DNA of 64,000 nt from Squalus acanthias (lineage: Eukaryota), in contig CM059438.1 of NCBI GenBank assembly GCA_030390025.1, positions 61,568,001 to 61,632,000 on the forward strand, written 5' to 3'. Shown piece after piece: positions 1 through 12,796 of this stretch. The notes below the pieces were generated by a model that was given only the letters and a program-made list of their open reading frames with translations, was not told the DNA's origin and did no database searches. Position 1 is the stretch's first letter, and each line of letters begins with the position of its first letter. Position numbers and translations under genes: made by a program.

Positions 1-172
1 GATTATCTGGTCATTATCTCATTGCTGTTGTAGGAGCTTACTGTGTGCAAATTGGTTGCCACGTTTCCCACACTACAACAGTGACTGAACTTCAAAAGTG
101 CTTCATTGGCTTTAAAGCCTTTTGGGACATCCTGGGTCCATGAAAGGCGCTATATAAATGCAAGTTCTTTCT
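1..172 (+). mobile_element. DeuSINE (SacSINE1-like) 3' part with L2-type tail
   Basis: Same sequence as the 3' half of copies at 12797-13243 and 39522-39970; tail ...gaaaggcgctatataaatgcaag. Confidence 0.75.
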
Positions 173-284
173 TTAAAGAAAAAATCAACACATCATGAGG
201 CAGACAGCATCCAATCCGGAGCCACCATCAATGAAGTGCTTAAGCAGTGGAAATATGGTTAAGTCATTGTCCCTCTGCTCCCAG

Positions 285-628
285 CATAAGAACATAAGAA
301 ATAGGAGCAGCAGTAGGCCATTCGGCCCCTCGAGCCATACTCCGCCATTCAATAAGATCATGGCTGATCTGATCTTGGCATCAACACCACTTTCCTGCCC
401 GCTCCCCATAACCCTCGACTCCCCTGTTTTTCAAAAATCTGTCTATCTCCGCCTTGAATATATTCAATGACTCAGCCTCCACAGCTCTCTGGGGTAGAGA
501 ATTCCAAAGATTCACGACCCTCTGAGAGAAGAAATTCCTCCTCATCTCCGTTTTAAATGGGTGACCCCTTATTCTGAAATATGCCCCCTAGTTCTAGATT
601 CCCCCATGAGGGGAAACATCCTCTCAGC
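285..628 (-). mobile_element. CR1 LINE 3' fragment
   Basis: Reverse complement of the CR1 3' end (tail ttcttatg repeats; MGESRTRGH motif in ORF 569..826). Confidence 0.85.
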
Positions 629-1924
629 ATCCCCAACTGCACAGTGCCATGTACATAATGTCATTATCCTCCTCTCATACAGCGACTCAAACTCATATCT
701 ACTGGAATTCTTGTAATTTACAGGAAAAAAAACTTTTGCTAAATGGAAATACATTCCATTGAGAAACAAAAACTCCACTGGAAAAGAGATCCAACCGTGT
801 CTAACTGAAGAAGTTAAGGATAGCATTAGATTGAAATAAGAAGCTTATAATGTTGCAAAGAATAATAGTAAGCCTGAGGATTGGGAGAGTTTCAGAACCC
901 AGCAAAACTTGACCAAAAAATTGATAAAAAGGGAAAAAATAGAATGAGAAAACTAGCAAGAAATATAAAAGCAGATTGTACAAGTATGTAAAAAGGAAAA
1001 GAGTAGCAAAAGTAAACGTTGGTCCCTTAGAGGTTGAGACAGGAGAAATTATTACGGGGAATAAGGAAATGGCAGAAACGTTAAACAAATATTTTGTATC
1101 TGTCTTCACAGTAGAAGACACAAAAAGCATACCAAAAATGGTGGAGAACCATGGGTCTAATGAGGGTGAGGAACTTAACGTAATTAATATAAGTAGAGAA
1201 AAAGTACTAAAGAAACTAATGGGACTAAAAGCCAACAAATCCCCTGGACCTGACATCCTAGGATTCTAAAAGAGGTGGCTGAAGTGGATGCATTGGTTTT
1301 GATCTTCCAAAATTCCCGAGATTCTGGAATGGTCCCAGCGGATTGGAAGGTCGCAAATGTAACACTGCTATTCAAGAAAGGAGGGAGAGAAAAAACAGGG
1401 AACTACAGGCCAATTAGCCTGACATCAGTCGTCGGGAAAATGCTGGAATCCATTGTTAAGGAAGTGGTATCAAGTCATGTAGAAAATCATAACATGATTA
1501 GGCAGAGTCAACATGGTTTTATGAAAGGGAAATCGTGTTTGATAAATTTATTAAGAGTTTTTTGAGGATGTAACTAGCAGGGTAGATAAAGGAGAACCAG
1601 TGGATGTAGTATATTTGGATTTCCAAAAGGCATTCGATAAGGTGCCACATAAAAGGTTATTACACAAGATTAGGGCTCATGGGGTTGGGGGTAATATAGT
1701 AGCATGGATAGAGGATTGGTTAACGGACAGAAAACAGAGAGTAGGGATAAACGGATTTTTTTCAGGTTGGCAGGCTGTAACTAGTGGGGTGCCGCAAGGA
1801 TCAGTGTTGGGGCCTCAGCTATTTACAATCTATATTAATGACCTAGATGAAGGGATCGAGTGTAATGTATCCAAGTTTGCTGATGATACAAAGCTAGGTG
1901 GGACAGTAAGCTGTGTGAACACAA
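629..1924 (+). mobile_element. CR1 LINE ORF2 fragment (frameshifted), interrupted by a Harbinger element
   Basis: ORFs 976-1980 carry [35 protein letters not shown] and FADDTK reverse-transcriptase motifs. Confidence 0.92.
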
Positions 1925-3987
1925 AGGGCTCGATTTTGCCAGGCCCGAGGAGGCGGGATTGGAGGCGTGCGAGGTGGTAAAATCGCAAAAAAAAGGCGTG
2001 TTTTCTGACCCCGTTTCCATCCCGCCTCCAAGGGGCGAGATAGGCCCTTAAGGCCCTTAACAACCACTTAATTGCCTCTATAATCCCATTTTGAGAGGCC
2101 TTTCTGATTTTAACACTTTTCCCACGTGCTGCACGTCTCCTCTGGAACACGCCAGTGAATCCTGGCAGCATCACAAGTGGATTGCCTACTAACAGCTGCA
2201 GCTCCACCATTAAAAAGGAGTTTTCAGCAATCATCATTTGCAGGTGGCAAAACTTTGTCTCAGGTCTGGGGGAACTTTTAGCAGGCCTACTCATTGTTCT
2301 GGAAGTTTGGAGCCTGACACCCATCTCCAGTGTGACCTCCTGGAAAACCCCTCTCCCCACCTTGAATGAGCATTTCCTCAACTGAGGTATATACCAGAAG
2401 AATGGGAACCATTTATTTCCTTTCCTCCTGGACATCAGATTCGGACGAAGACCAGCCGTGGCAGCAGCAGAACCCTGAACAGCAGCAGCACCAACTGCAG
2501 GAGCAACAGCAGGAGCTCCAAGCTGCTGCTCACCCACCTGAAGCTGCACAGGCCAGAAGGCGCAGGAGATACCCCCAAAACAGGGTCTACAGACAGAGGA
2601 TCAGCTACCTCAACATGACTGAGCAGCAGTGCCAAAGGAGGCTCCAACTTTCGCGAGAGGTAGTGGGTGACATCTGCGCAATGCTGCAGCAAGAGCTGGA
2701 GCCCAGAGGAGCAGGTGGACACCCCTTACCAGTGGCCGTCAAAGTCACCACCGCACTCAACTTTTTTGCTTCAGGCTCATTCCAGGGATCAGCAGCAGAC
2801 ATCAGCGGCGTCTCCCAGGCGGCCGCACACACTTGCATCATGCAGGTAACCAATGCTCTCTTTGCCATCGCTCATAATTACATCAATTTCTCCAAGGATC
2901 AAGCCAGTGTAACTACGCATGCGGTTGGGTTTGACAATCTGGCAGGCTTTCCAAGGGTGCAGGGTGTCGTTGACTGCACACATGTGGCCCTTAAGGCACC
3001 CCATCACAATCCAGGTATTTTTGTTAACCACAAGGGCTTCCACTCCCTCAACGTACAGCTGGTGTGTGACCAGAAGAAGGAAATTTTGCATGTTTGTGCC
3101 AAGTACCCTGGCAGTTGCCATGACTCCTTCATCCTGCGCCAGTCTAGTGTGCCTCCGCTCTTCAGTCCGCCAGACCAACTTTTCGGATGGCTACTTGGAG
3201 ACAAGGGCTATCCCCTGAAGACGTGGCTAATGACGCCATTGAGGAGCCCATCCAACGAAGCTGAGGAGCACTACAACTCCAGCCACATTTCCACCAGATC
3301 CATAATCGAACAAACCATCGGCTTGCTGAAGATGCGCTTCAGATGCCTTGATAGATCAGGTGGAGCCCTGCAGTACTCAGCAGCCAGGGTCTCCAGAATG
3401 GTCGTGGTCTGCTGTGCACTTTACAACATGGCACAGCATCGTGGCTTGCAGATGCCTGAGGAACAAGTGGCTCATCACATAGCCTCCTCAGATGAGGAGG
3501 AGAGCAACAATGAACAGCTTGCAAAGGCGCATCAACCAGTGGCAGCAGCATGCCAGCACATTGCTGCCCGGGATACAAGGGACGCACTCATCTTGGCCAG
3601 ATTTGCTTAGTCTAGACAATCAAGCACTTTTGCCTCGCAGCTTCTTACCAAACCATCGACAATGGCCAAGAACCTGCGGATTCCTATCACTATGACCACC
3701 ATACTGACAATTGCAAGTCACCCTAAGCCCTCAATGTGGAAGTTCCATTTGCGAAATGACACACGCCACAACTTCAACAGTTTGACATCAGCATTTTTTA
3801 TCACAAGCAACTGATGGCTTTTCAAAAATAAACACATGACACCCAAGTGACTACCCTTGTGACTACTTGTGCATTATCTTCCTCTTACGCATGCTCCTAC
3901 GTGGTGCTTCCCCTGTGGCTTCAGCAGATGTGGAGGCCCCTTGCTCACTTTCTTGCTGCTCCTGCCTCGACACCTTTGGTGGGTGTC
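1925..3987 (+). mobile_element. PIF/Harbinger DNA transposon, right part deleted
   Basis: Starts with a gggctcgatttt terminus like other Harbinger ends in the window; contains the transposase ORF and a convergent C-terminal ORF remnant; no right TIR. Confidence 0.85.
2366..3610 (+). CDS. Harbinger (HARBI1-like, DDE_Tnp_4) transposase, uninterrupted ORF; real start may be the ATG at about 2402
   Basis: [20 protein letters not shown] helix-turn-helix region and catalytic D-D-E in [23 protein letters not shown], followed by LKMRFRCL. Confidence 0.9.
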   Translation: MSISSTEVYTRRMGTIYFLSSWTSDSDEDQPWQQQNPEQQQHQLQEQQQELQAAAHPPEAAQARRRRRYPQNRVYRQRISYLNMTEQQCQRRLQLSREVVGDICAMLQQELEPRGAGGHPLPVAVKVTTALNFFASGSFQGSAADISGVSQAAAHTCIMQVTNALFAIAHNYINFSKDQASVTTHAVGFDNLAGFPRVQGVVDCTHVALKAPHHNPGIFVNHKGFHSLNVQLVCDQKKEILHVCAKYPGSCHDSFILRQSSVPPLFSPPDQLFGWLLGDKGYPLKTWLMTPLRSPSNEAEEHYNSSHISTRSIIEQTIGLLKMRFRCLDRSGGALQYSAARVSRMVVVCCALYNMAQHRGLQMPEEQVAHHIASSDEEESNNEQLAKAHQPVAAACQHIAARDTRDALILARFA

Positions 3988-4190
3988 TTCACTCAGAGGG
4001 TTGTGAATCTTTGGAAGTCTTGGCGTATATTCAAGGCTGAGAGAGATAGATTTTTGGACTCTAGGGGAATCAAGGGATATGGAGATCGGGCGGGAAAGTG
4101 GAGTTGAGGTCGATGATCAGCCATGATCTTATTGAATGGCGGAGCAGGCTCAAGGGGCCTTATGGCCTACTCCTGCTTTTACTTCTTATG
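3988..4190 (+). mobile_element. CR1 LINE 3' end (continuation of the 629-1924 copy after a deletion)
   Basis: FTQRVVNLW...GIKGYGDRAGKWS* and CR1 3' UTR, similar to 45270-45510. Confidence 0.85.
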
Positions 4191-6669
4191 AAATGGGAAG
4201 GAAAATTTATGGTCACTGGGAATTGGGACTCCCCTGGTTTACTACCTAATTTCAAAATGGCGACCTGATATTTCAAGAGAAATTGTGAAACGCTCCAATG
4301 ACTTCACAGGTTAATGGTGGATTCAAAGACTACCTGGAGTTTGGCAAAATATACAAAAGGAACTTCATTGCCACCATGCTTTTCTTTGTTTGTTCTCATT
4401 TACATACACAGGCAGGGATTACATGAAAAGCATCCAAATGTGTGCAAGAAGATTATTAGGTGTAAAAATTGCATCATCTACAACAAAATCCAGATCAGGA
4501 TGTGGGGGCCGAATGAAACATCCACCGTTCCACTCTGCTTTGCAGTCTTGTCTGTTTTGCTCACGCTGATTTTTGGAACAGATTTCAAAAAATAATTGAT
4601 ATGATTTTTTGATGAAATGCTTTATTCTTCTAAAGTCACCCAGGATTGGCAAAAAAAAGTAACAATAAAGGTTTTAAAAAGCGGCTGTTTGGAATAGATG
4701 TCAAGGCAGCTGACAATGCTGCAGGCTGTAAGCAGAAGGCCCAAGAATCATGCTGGGAATCATCGTGATCCTGATTCTGTTACCTGGTTTCAATTAACTG
4801 CCCTCCTTGAGTGGCCCGGTAGTTTAAGAATAAGAGTAATGGCTGATACTGCGGGAGGATACTGATCTCATGGCCCAGGGCTACCTAACATATTCGTACC
4901 GCCAGTTTCAGCTGTACACAGGGCTTTGCATTCTTTCCTTTGTATCAGGTACGCTGACTCCTGTTAAAGGGCAACTGTATTCATGCTATAAGTGTTTTGC
5001 ACCTTTTTATCCCTAGAAAGATAGAAAACCAAAAGAGCCATACATCATTTTCATCAGGACGACATCAGGCCTAAGTGATACAATGATAGATTTCAACATG
5101 ATTAAACCAGAAGATAAGTGTATTGGGAAACAAACCAAAAGGGTTTGGTCAGTACATATTCATGATGATAGTACAGCTGAATTTAAAGATTTTTTCACCA
5201 GCAGAGCTCTTCAAACAAAAAAATCCAAAAGTTGTAAATAAGTAACTTTTTTTCGATAAATTTTAGGATATATGTACACACATAGACATAAACACACACT
5301 CTCACTCTCAGGTAAATTGTCCGTGGTATTGCCCAAGGTCAGTTAGTGAATCATTTTTCTTGCATACCAATGATGAGTTGAGATTTCAGACATTTGCTCC
5401 ACGTGACCACCTAGTGGCCACAGCCTGCAACTACATCATAACAGTTGACATAGTAAAATTAACATTGCACTTTACAATGATGAATGATGACAAACATGAC
5501 TAAAAATCATAACAGGAACTGTGACTTTTGGATAGGAAGTGTACATCCCGTTCAAGATTTGTATTACGGATATATATATCTACTGTAGTGAGTGTTGATG
5601 TTGAAATCGATCATGGCATCACTTGCGTTTGCTGTTATTGTGATGAAAATGATGCATGGCTCTTTTGATTTTCTCTCCTTCTTACATAAAAAGTTTGCAA
5701 AACACTTATAGCATGAATACAGTTCCCCTTTAACAGGAGTCGGTGCACTTGATGCAAAGCAGAGGATGGAAAAGCCCTGAGAATCCCATCATAAGGGATC
5801 AGGTTGACAGTACGAGGGAGCAGGCGTAACACTAGGAGAGATGCAGGAAATAACACAGGATAATGGCTAGGAAGAGCTACTGATCCTGGCAGTGTGAGGT
5901 AGCTGTCTTAATATCATTCTGGATAGAGGGATGGATTCCTTTCCCAACAGGCCGCAATAGCTTTTCAGTATTAAATCCACTGATTTACTACCAATGCTTG
6001 TGTCTTCAGCTTTTACTAGGGTGATAACAGAACGTTGCGTCACTCAATGAAAGTTTGCAATAACAATTTAAGAGCTAAAAGTTAGCCCACTCTAAATAAC
6101 CTGAATTTTTGTTTTGTCAGAAATTGAGTGCAAACTAGAAGGAAGCTGTAGTCATGTGACCTTGAAGTTGCCTCAATACTGCAGGAAATCTTGAATTGTC
6201 AGAATGTTACTTTGGCACCTCGCAAAGCTTGCCCAATCCCAAAGTTGCTGAGCACAGATCCCAAGAACCAATCAAGTACAGCTCCCCCAGATGTTAGCAT
6301 TACTAGTGTTTGGGGAAGCTGGGTAGGGTACACACTGATGGGCCCAATGGGTCTTTTCTCACCCTTTTTTTCTCGAAAGGTTCATATGACACCGCGAGCC
6401 TCACAATGTGTGCTCTGGCCAGACCATACCTCGAGTGCTTTGTCCACTTCTGATCACCAAGACAGAGGGGAGACATTCAAGCCTTGGAGTCTGTGCAAAG
6501 AAGCGACATAAGTCTGATCCTTTGTGTCAGAAGACTGAGTTAAGAGGAAAGACTGGAGAAACGTTCTCTTCATCCTTGAATAGATGCGGAGATGCCGGTG
6601 TTGGACTGGGGTGGACAAAAGTGAGAAGTCGCACAACACCAAGTTATAGTCCAACAGTTTTATTTGAAA

Positions 6670-6707
6670 TCACAAGCTTTCGGAGCTGCTGCCCCTTCGT
6701 CAGGTGA
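6670..6707 (-). ncRNA. Minimal type I hammerhead ribozyme motif
   Basis: UCAC-CUGACGA-A-GGGGC(AGCA)GCUCC-GAAAGCUU-GUGA: intact CUGANGA/GAAA core, stem II, palindromic AGCU stem III, stem I UCAC/GUGA. Confidence 0.8.
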
Positions 6708-7169
6708 AGTGAAGGAAAACAAATCGACAAAGCATATATAGTCAGAGAACAATGCCTGTGTAGCGTACAATGTCAGACGACTACATTTTATCTTTCTGAC
6801 TGCCTTTCATCACACCTCGGCAGAGAAACAATCAGGTCAACAAGGAAGGCACCACATCAAAGACATAGCAAGATACAACTGAGACAATGAGGTGGAGTCA
6901 CAGGGGGTCTAATGTGTCAAATGCAGTCTGTATGGAAAACCATAAACTTTAAAAATTTTACTTTTTTTTTAACTGGAAATCACATCTGTGAACAAGCCAA
7001 CGACGACTCGAGTCTGGATGACTCTACGTCATGTAGCGTGACATGAACCCAAGATCCCGGTTGAGGCCATCCTCATGGGTGCGGAACTTGGCTATCAGTT
7101 TCTGCTCGATGATTTTGCATTGTCGTGTGTCTCGAAGGCCGCCTTGGAGAACGCTTACCCACAGATCCG

Positions 7170-7476
7170 GTGGGCAACACGGTGGCATAGTGGTTAGCAC
7201 TGTTGCCTCACAGCGCCAGGGACCCGGGTTCGAATCCGGCCTGTGTGGAGTTTGCACATTCTCCCCGTGTCTGCGTGGGTTTCCTCCGGGTGCTCCGGTT
7301 TCCTCCCACAGTCCAAAGATGTGCGGGTTAGGTTGATTTGGCTATGATAAATTGACCCTTAGTGTTAGGGGGATTAAATACGTGGGGTTACGGGGATAGG
7401 GTGGGATATGTGCCGGTGCAGGCTCGATGGGCCGAAATGGCCTCTATCTGCATTGTGGGGATTCTGTGATTCTGTG
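7170..7476 (+). mobile_element. HE1-type V-SINE inserted in the Penelope ORF
   Basis: tRNA-like A/B boxes, V domain (gggtttcctccgggtgctccggtttcctccca), attctgtg tail, TSD agatccg. Confidence 0.88.
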
Positions 7477-8921
7477 AGATCCGAGGCGCGGTGTCCGTTC
7501 ATACGTTGTCTCAGTGTCTGCATGGTCTCGCCGATGTACCATGCTCTGGTGCATCCTTTCCTGCAACGTATGAGGTAGACAACGTTGGCCGAGTCACATG
7601 AGTATGTACCATGTACCTGGTGGGTAGTGTCCTCACGTGTGATGATGGTATCTGTGTTGATGATCTGGCATGTCTTGCAGAGGTTGCCGTGGCAGGCTTG
7701 TGTGGTGTCGTGGTCGCTGTTATCCTGAAAGCTGGGTAATTTGCTGCGAACGATGGTACTTTTGAGGTTAGGCGGCTGTTTGAAGGCGAGTAGTGGAGGT
7801 GTGGGGATGGCCTTAGCGAGGTGTTCGTCGTCATCGATGACATGTTGAAGGCTGCGAAGAACATGGCTTAGTTTCTCCGCTCCGGGGAAGTACTGGACGA
7901 CGTAGGGTACCCTGTTGGTTGTGTCCCGTGTTCGCCTTCTGAGGAGGTCTATGCGATTTTTTGCTGTGGCCCGTTGGAACTGTCGATCGATGAGTCGAGC
8001 GTCATATCCCGTTCTTACGAGGGCGTCTTTCAGCGTCCGTAGGTGTCCATCGCGTTCCTCCTCATCTGAGCAGATCCTGTGTATTCGCAGGGCTTGTCCA
8101 TAGGGGATGGCTTCTTTAACGTGGTTAGGGTGGAAGTAGAGTCATCCAGACTCGAGTCGCCGTTGGCTTGTTCACAGATGTGATTTCCAGTTAAAAAAAA
8201 AGTAAAAACTTTAAAGTTTATGGTTTTCCATACAGACTGCATTTGACACATTAGACCCCCTGTGACTCCACCCCATTGTCTCAGTTGTATCTTGCTATGT
8301 CTTTGATGTGGTGCCTTCCTGGCTGACCTGATTGTTTCTCTGCCGAGGTGTGATGAAAGGCAGTCAGAAAGACAAAATGTAGTCATCTGACATTGTACGC
8401 TACACAGGCATTGTTCTCTGACTATATATGCTTTGTCGATTCGTATTCCTTGAATAGAGGCAACTAAGGGGCAAAATTATGGAGATTAAAGATAGCAAAT
8501 GGTATAGAAAGGTAAATCCGAATGTCCCTTTAAATCATTTAAGAAGCAGTTTGATGCTGTGATGGGCGGACTAGGTTTTTCCTGGATGGATGCGCTAGGG
8601 TGGGGCCGAATGGCCGTCATCATCCATATCTATCTTTATGAAAATTATAAGAGTCAGAAACCTTGAGAACTTTGTAACATTTCCTTTCAGCAGTGAGTGC
8701 ACGATACAGGCTGAACGACAAACGTGCAAGACTGGACTGGTCTGCAGCATCAGAATGGTTTATCTCGGCACAGCGTCTGAACAAAATCACAAGGGAACAT
8801 CCAATCATCTAAGTACCACTGTGAGGAGCTATTATAGCTCATTAGTTTCCATCAGACATTGTCTATTCACCTGCACAATTCCAAACAAAGCTAACCATGG
8901 CTATGGAACAAGCAACATATA

Positions 8922-9657
8922 GGGCCCGAAATTCGGTTACGCCCCGTTTGGGGGCGGTAACCAAGTTAAGGCCGGACATTTAGTGCCCGGCACGGAAGTA
9001 CTGCCCCAGCTGCTAAATTCGGCTTACCGCCCACACAGGAAGTAAAGCATAATCTCGGGCGCTCAACTTCCTGGTGGGGAGGTAACCGAGGCGATATCAG
9101 GGCGCAATCAGCAGTTAAAGGGGGGGGGCCGCTGCACACTCTGCAGGGCATCCGATGGCCCCAACTAGGCCGGCGTGGTGTCATGGCAGCAGCCCGGTGC
9201 CGAGACGCAGTGCTGGGCTGCCCGATGGTGGCCAGGACCACGCCACGGCCCACCACGGAGGGCCAACCTGAAGGTCGGCCAGAAAAAGAAAATGGCGGCG
9301 CGGGTCGCAGTTGCACCTCCCCTTTACCGCCCCGCGAGCAGAGGTCGGCCTGGCTCGCAACCTGCGAGGCTGGCGCGGACACCGCCCACGCCAGCTTCAC
9401 GAGGCGCAGCCAAATTTCTGACACGGGGCGGTAAGAGGACGTGGCAGTGCACGGCGATGACGTCATCGCCGGTGGCGCAACAGCCCAGGGTGCTACCGGT
9501 GGGGGCACGGCACTATCGGGTAGCGCCTCAGCAACGCCCCGCCGTATTTCTCGGGAGGCGCTTTTTTTTTACCTCCCCGGGCGATAAGTCCTTTGCGCCC
9601 CATTAGCACCCCCCGGAGGCGCTAACAGCAGGTGCAAAGGAGCCAAATTTCTAGCCC
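8922..9657. mobile_element. GC-rich non-autonomous Harbinger-type element (MITE)
   Basis: Imperfect TIRs gggcccgaaatt / aatttctagccc, flanks ATA/TTA, subterminal palindromes shared with the 10905-11798 family. Confidence 0.7.
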
Positions 9658-10849
9658 TTAAAACTTTTTATATTCCAGTAATGAGGAGCACCATCTAGTG
9701 GCAACTTCCTTCATAAAGCTTGAAGAAATGAACGAATGGTAAATATCTGTACTTACGCCAAGGTAAAAAAAATACTTGAATTTATATATCACCTTATCAC
9801 ATCAAAGACTTCTCAAACCACTTCACAGAACAAATTACTTTGAAAGAATTATGTCTTAGAAAAATGGAAGGGACAAATTGTAGATAATTAAAAGATCTTT
9901 ATACAGATCTATTAAGCATCCTGAGAGCAGGTGACTGTGTTAAATCAAGGACTTGACAGAATATAAAAAAGGGAAAGGGACATTGAACAAGAACAGTTCT
10001 GTGTGAACTGTTCTTGTTCAATGTCCCTTTCTGTGTGAACAGTTCACACAGAAAATATGGCATTAAATGAAGCAAATGCAAGCTGGCCTTGAGCTTCTAG
10101 TCATACAATCCAGTGATGGGCACTAGGTAAAAGTTCTTCTCTCATACACAACGGTAGTGCTGGAATAGGATCCCTTAGCCTCTTGCACACGCTCTAAGAT
10201 GAGGCTCAATGTGCCAATGCTATGAGTGCATCACTTCCATAATCCTTATCATATGAGGGTAGTTTTTCATCTAGCATCAGGCTACTGATGATTCTGATGG
10301 TTGGCCAGGAGCACCAATCTAGAGTTTAGCTATATTTTTACTTCGAATTTGGAGCAAGTTCATCCTAGAGTATATATTTTCCAAGCTCTCTGCTGTCATG
10401 TATGGTAAATGCTCCTGGCTTTCTGGCAGCCTTTAATACACTCCTAGATAACACTCTCCTAGCTCTGTCATCCCCCCCTTGTAACACTCTTCACTGTCTA
10501 TTATCATGTTCATGTCACGATACATGACGTAGAGTCATCCAGACTCGAGTCGTCGTTGGCTTGTTCACAGATGTGATTTCCAGTAAAAAAAAGTAAAAAT
10601 TTTAAAGTTTATCGTTTTCCATACAGACTGCAGCTTTTGACACATTAGACCCCCTGTAACCCCACCTCATTGTCTCAGTTGTATCTTGCTATGTCTTTGA
10701 TGTGGTGCCTTCCTGGCTGACCTGATTGTTTCTCTGCCGAGGTGTGACAAAAGGCAGTCAGGAGGATTAAATGTAGTCGTCTGCCATTGTACGCTACACA
10801 TGCATTGTTCTCTGTCTATATATGCTTTGTCGATTTGTATTCCTTTACT

Positions 10850-10886
10850 TCACCTGACGAAGGAGCAGCGCTCCGAAAGCTTGTGA
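10850..10886 (+). ncRNA. Minimal type I hammerhead ribozyme motif
   Basis: tcac-CTGACGA-a-ggagc(agc)gctcc-GAAAGCTT-gtga. Confidence 0.82.
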
Positions 10887-10904
10887 TTTCAAATAAAACT
10901 GTTG

Positions 10905-11798
10905 GGGGTAGAAATTAGGTCGCGCCCCATTTGGGGCGCAAATATCGTCTGGACGCAAATATTAGCGCCTGGCGCTAATTATCGGCACTGACTGGAAACT
11001 TCACTTTTACCGCCCCGGGAGGTGAGTGGAGTGCTAAAGCAGGCGCTGCACACCTGTCTTAAGGCGCAAAGGCCGAGCAGTGAGGCGCTAACTCAGAGCG
11101 CTGGCGAAGCTCATGTAATGTCAGTCAGCAATGGAACACACACACAATGGCACGGGCCAGTTCTTAAAGGGGATGGTTAATCTTGCTTTCCATCCACATC
11201 CTGTTCATTGCAGCCTTGAATCTCGGCCTGGAGAGACTTGCACATCAAATGTGCTGGAAAGAACAATGGAGAGTACCAGGCAAAGAGCTCAGAGTGCAGC
11301 TCCCACAGCCTCTGCTAAATCGATACAAGGAATGGCAACTCAAAATGAACCTGCAAAGTGCTGCTCAGTACCCAAAACTCCTTCACACAACATTGAATCT
11401 CTCCAGAAGTCTCTCCCTCTCTCTCTCAGAATGCGTAGTTCAAAAATGCCACCAACAATAAAAGACAGGAAGAGGCCCCCTTTAAATAGCGCCCCCCCCC
11501 AGCCCCACAGCGATTGATAGCGTTCCAGTCTTCTGGTCGTTGGAAGCGCCAGGCGGTAAGGCAGGGGACGCCACTCAATTTCCGCTCCGGGGCGCCACAA
11601 GGGCGTTGCACCATGGAATGACGTCACAATCTGCGCGCGCAGGTGGTCGCAGCGGTAAGTTTTAGCGCCGCCGCACAATGTCAAGTTAAGTTCCCGAGCG
11701 GCGCAAACATCGCTGCGCCCGGGCATTAGCGGCTTTGCGCCCCATTAGCGCCCTCTTAAGGCGCTAACGGGAGGCGCAACCAACTGAATTTTTACCCC
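10905..11798 (+). mobile_element. Harbinger-type MITE family A, copy 1
   Basis: TIRs GGGGTAGAAATT / AATTTTTACCCC, 3-bp TSD TTG; removing it restores the Penelope sequence aaaactgttggactat. Confidence 0.9.
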
Positions 11799-12796
11799 TT
11801 GGACTATAACCTGGTGTTGTGCGACTTCTCACTTTTGTCCACCCCAGTCCAACACCGGCATCTCCGCATCATGTCTATTATCATGTATTAGCTGCTTTTG
11901 TCAGCCATCAGTACGTTTGTAGTAGCTGCAAAGCAAGTTTGCCATTATGGATTCTGAGAGATGGTTCGGATAATCCTCTAATTTGCTGACATATTCTGCT
12001 AATACCAGAGTAAATACATTGACACAAGGCAAATTCCAAAAATGTAAAGTCAATGTCCATTTCAGATGTCATCTCCTATGGGGCACTGCTTAAGCAATTT
12101 CAAGCAGGGAATTTATGTATTGTTAGACTGTGTCAGCTCCACAGTTAAATTGAATCATGGTCATTTAGCAAATATCATCAAACAACAAGTACAATGATGT
12201 ATATAGATGAGAGAAAAAAGGAATACATCAAAGATTCCAGTACAGTGATTCAGGCATCCATGTCCAATGATGTGTTGGCAGGACAGGGCAGGACCCTTTT
12301 ATGGTAAGATCCTGTTTACCACATGCACATTTCACACACTGTATCAGAAGACAGCTGGTTGAACCATGCTGACTGATGGTCTTGGTGCAATGCAGAAAGC
12401 AGTGAGCTCACATTCAGTGACAGCTCTTGAGTCAGCTCAGCTTGAACAGCACTGCATTCCTGACCTGACTTTCTAATCCACAGAAGGTGCTGCATTCTCC
12501 GCTTCTTCAGCTTGCAAGTCATACCTGAAATTGGCCACATTCCTCATGAAAGAGTGTTGAAGCCCCATGACGTTCCCTGTGACGGAATTGGAGCTAAATC
12601 TTTCAAAAGGTGCAATTAAGAGATTCAGTTAGTGCCCTAATAGAGATTACAGGCTTATGATAGAAGGTATGACTTGCCATTGAGGCACATTCCTGTTATG
12701 GAGTAAAGAATGCAAAATTAGCACTCAGCTCTTCAATACAATTGCACAGGAATTTCATAAGTACCCAGGGTCATTCCGTTCTCTTGCACAGTTCAG

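Larger units (their letters stand above)
6583..8446 (-). mobile_element. Penelope-like element (GIY-YIG), 5'-truncated, with an inverted partial pLTR
   Basis: Minus-strand reading gives VVYLIRC...WYIGET...RMNGH and the C-terminus EQKLIAKFRTHEDGLNRDLGFMSRYMT*; about 6722-7027 is repeated inverted at 8136-8446; 12-bp TSD tccttgaataga at 6573-6584 and 8447-8458. Confidence 0.9.
10510..11871 (+). mobile_element. Penelope solo pLTR/3' end, interrupted by a MITE
   Basis: Matches the reverse complement of about 6583-7045; 15-bp TSD tgtctattatcatgt at 10495-10509 and 11872-11886. Confidence 0.9.

Noticed and set aside
285..4190. Opposed CR1 pieces as a single twin-primed insertion
   Set aside because: Both pieces have their own 3' tail, so two insertions are simpler
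4419..4652. 77-aa minus-strand ORF as a host exon
   Set aside because: No recognisable motif and no phase-compatible neighbours found
7170..7235. tRNA genes at SINE heads
   Set aside because: The A/B boxes run straight into SINE bodies, so they are not tRNA genes
11131..11517. Repeated 128-177-aa ORFs in MITE-A as cargo genes
   Set aside because: Lengths and ends differ between copies, there are no domains, and the GC-rich arms lack stops by composition
12316..12540. Exon-like minus-strand ORF
   Set aside because: Looks more like the linker region of an old decayed LINE (possibly RTE) spanning about 10100-12560; too degraded to call
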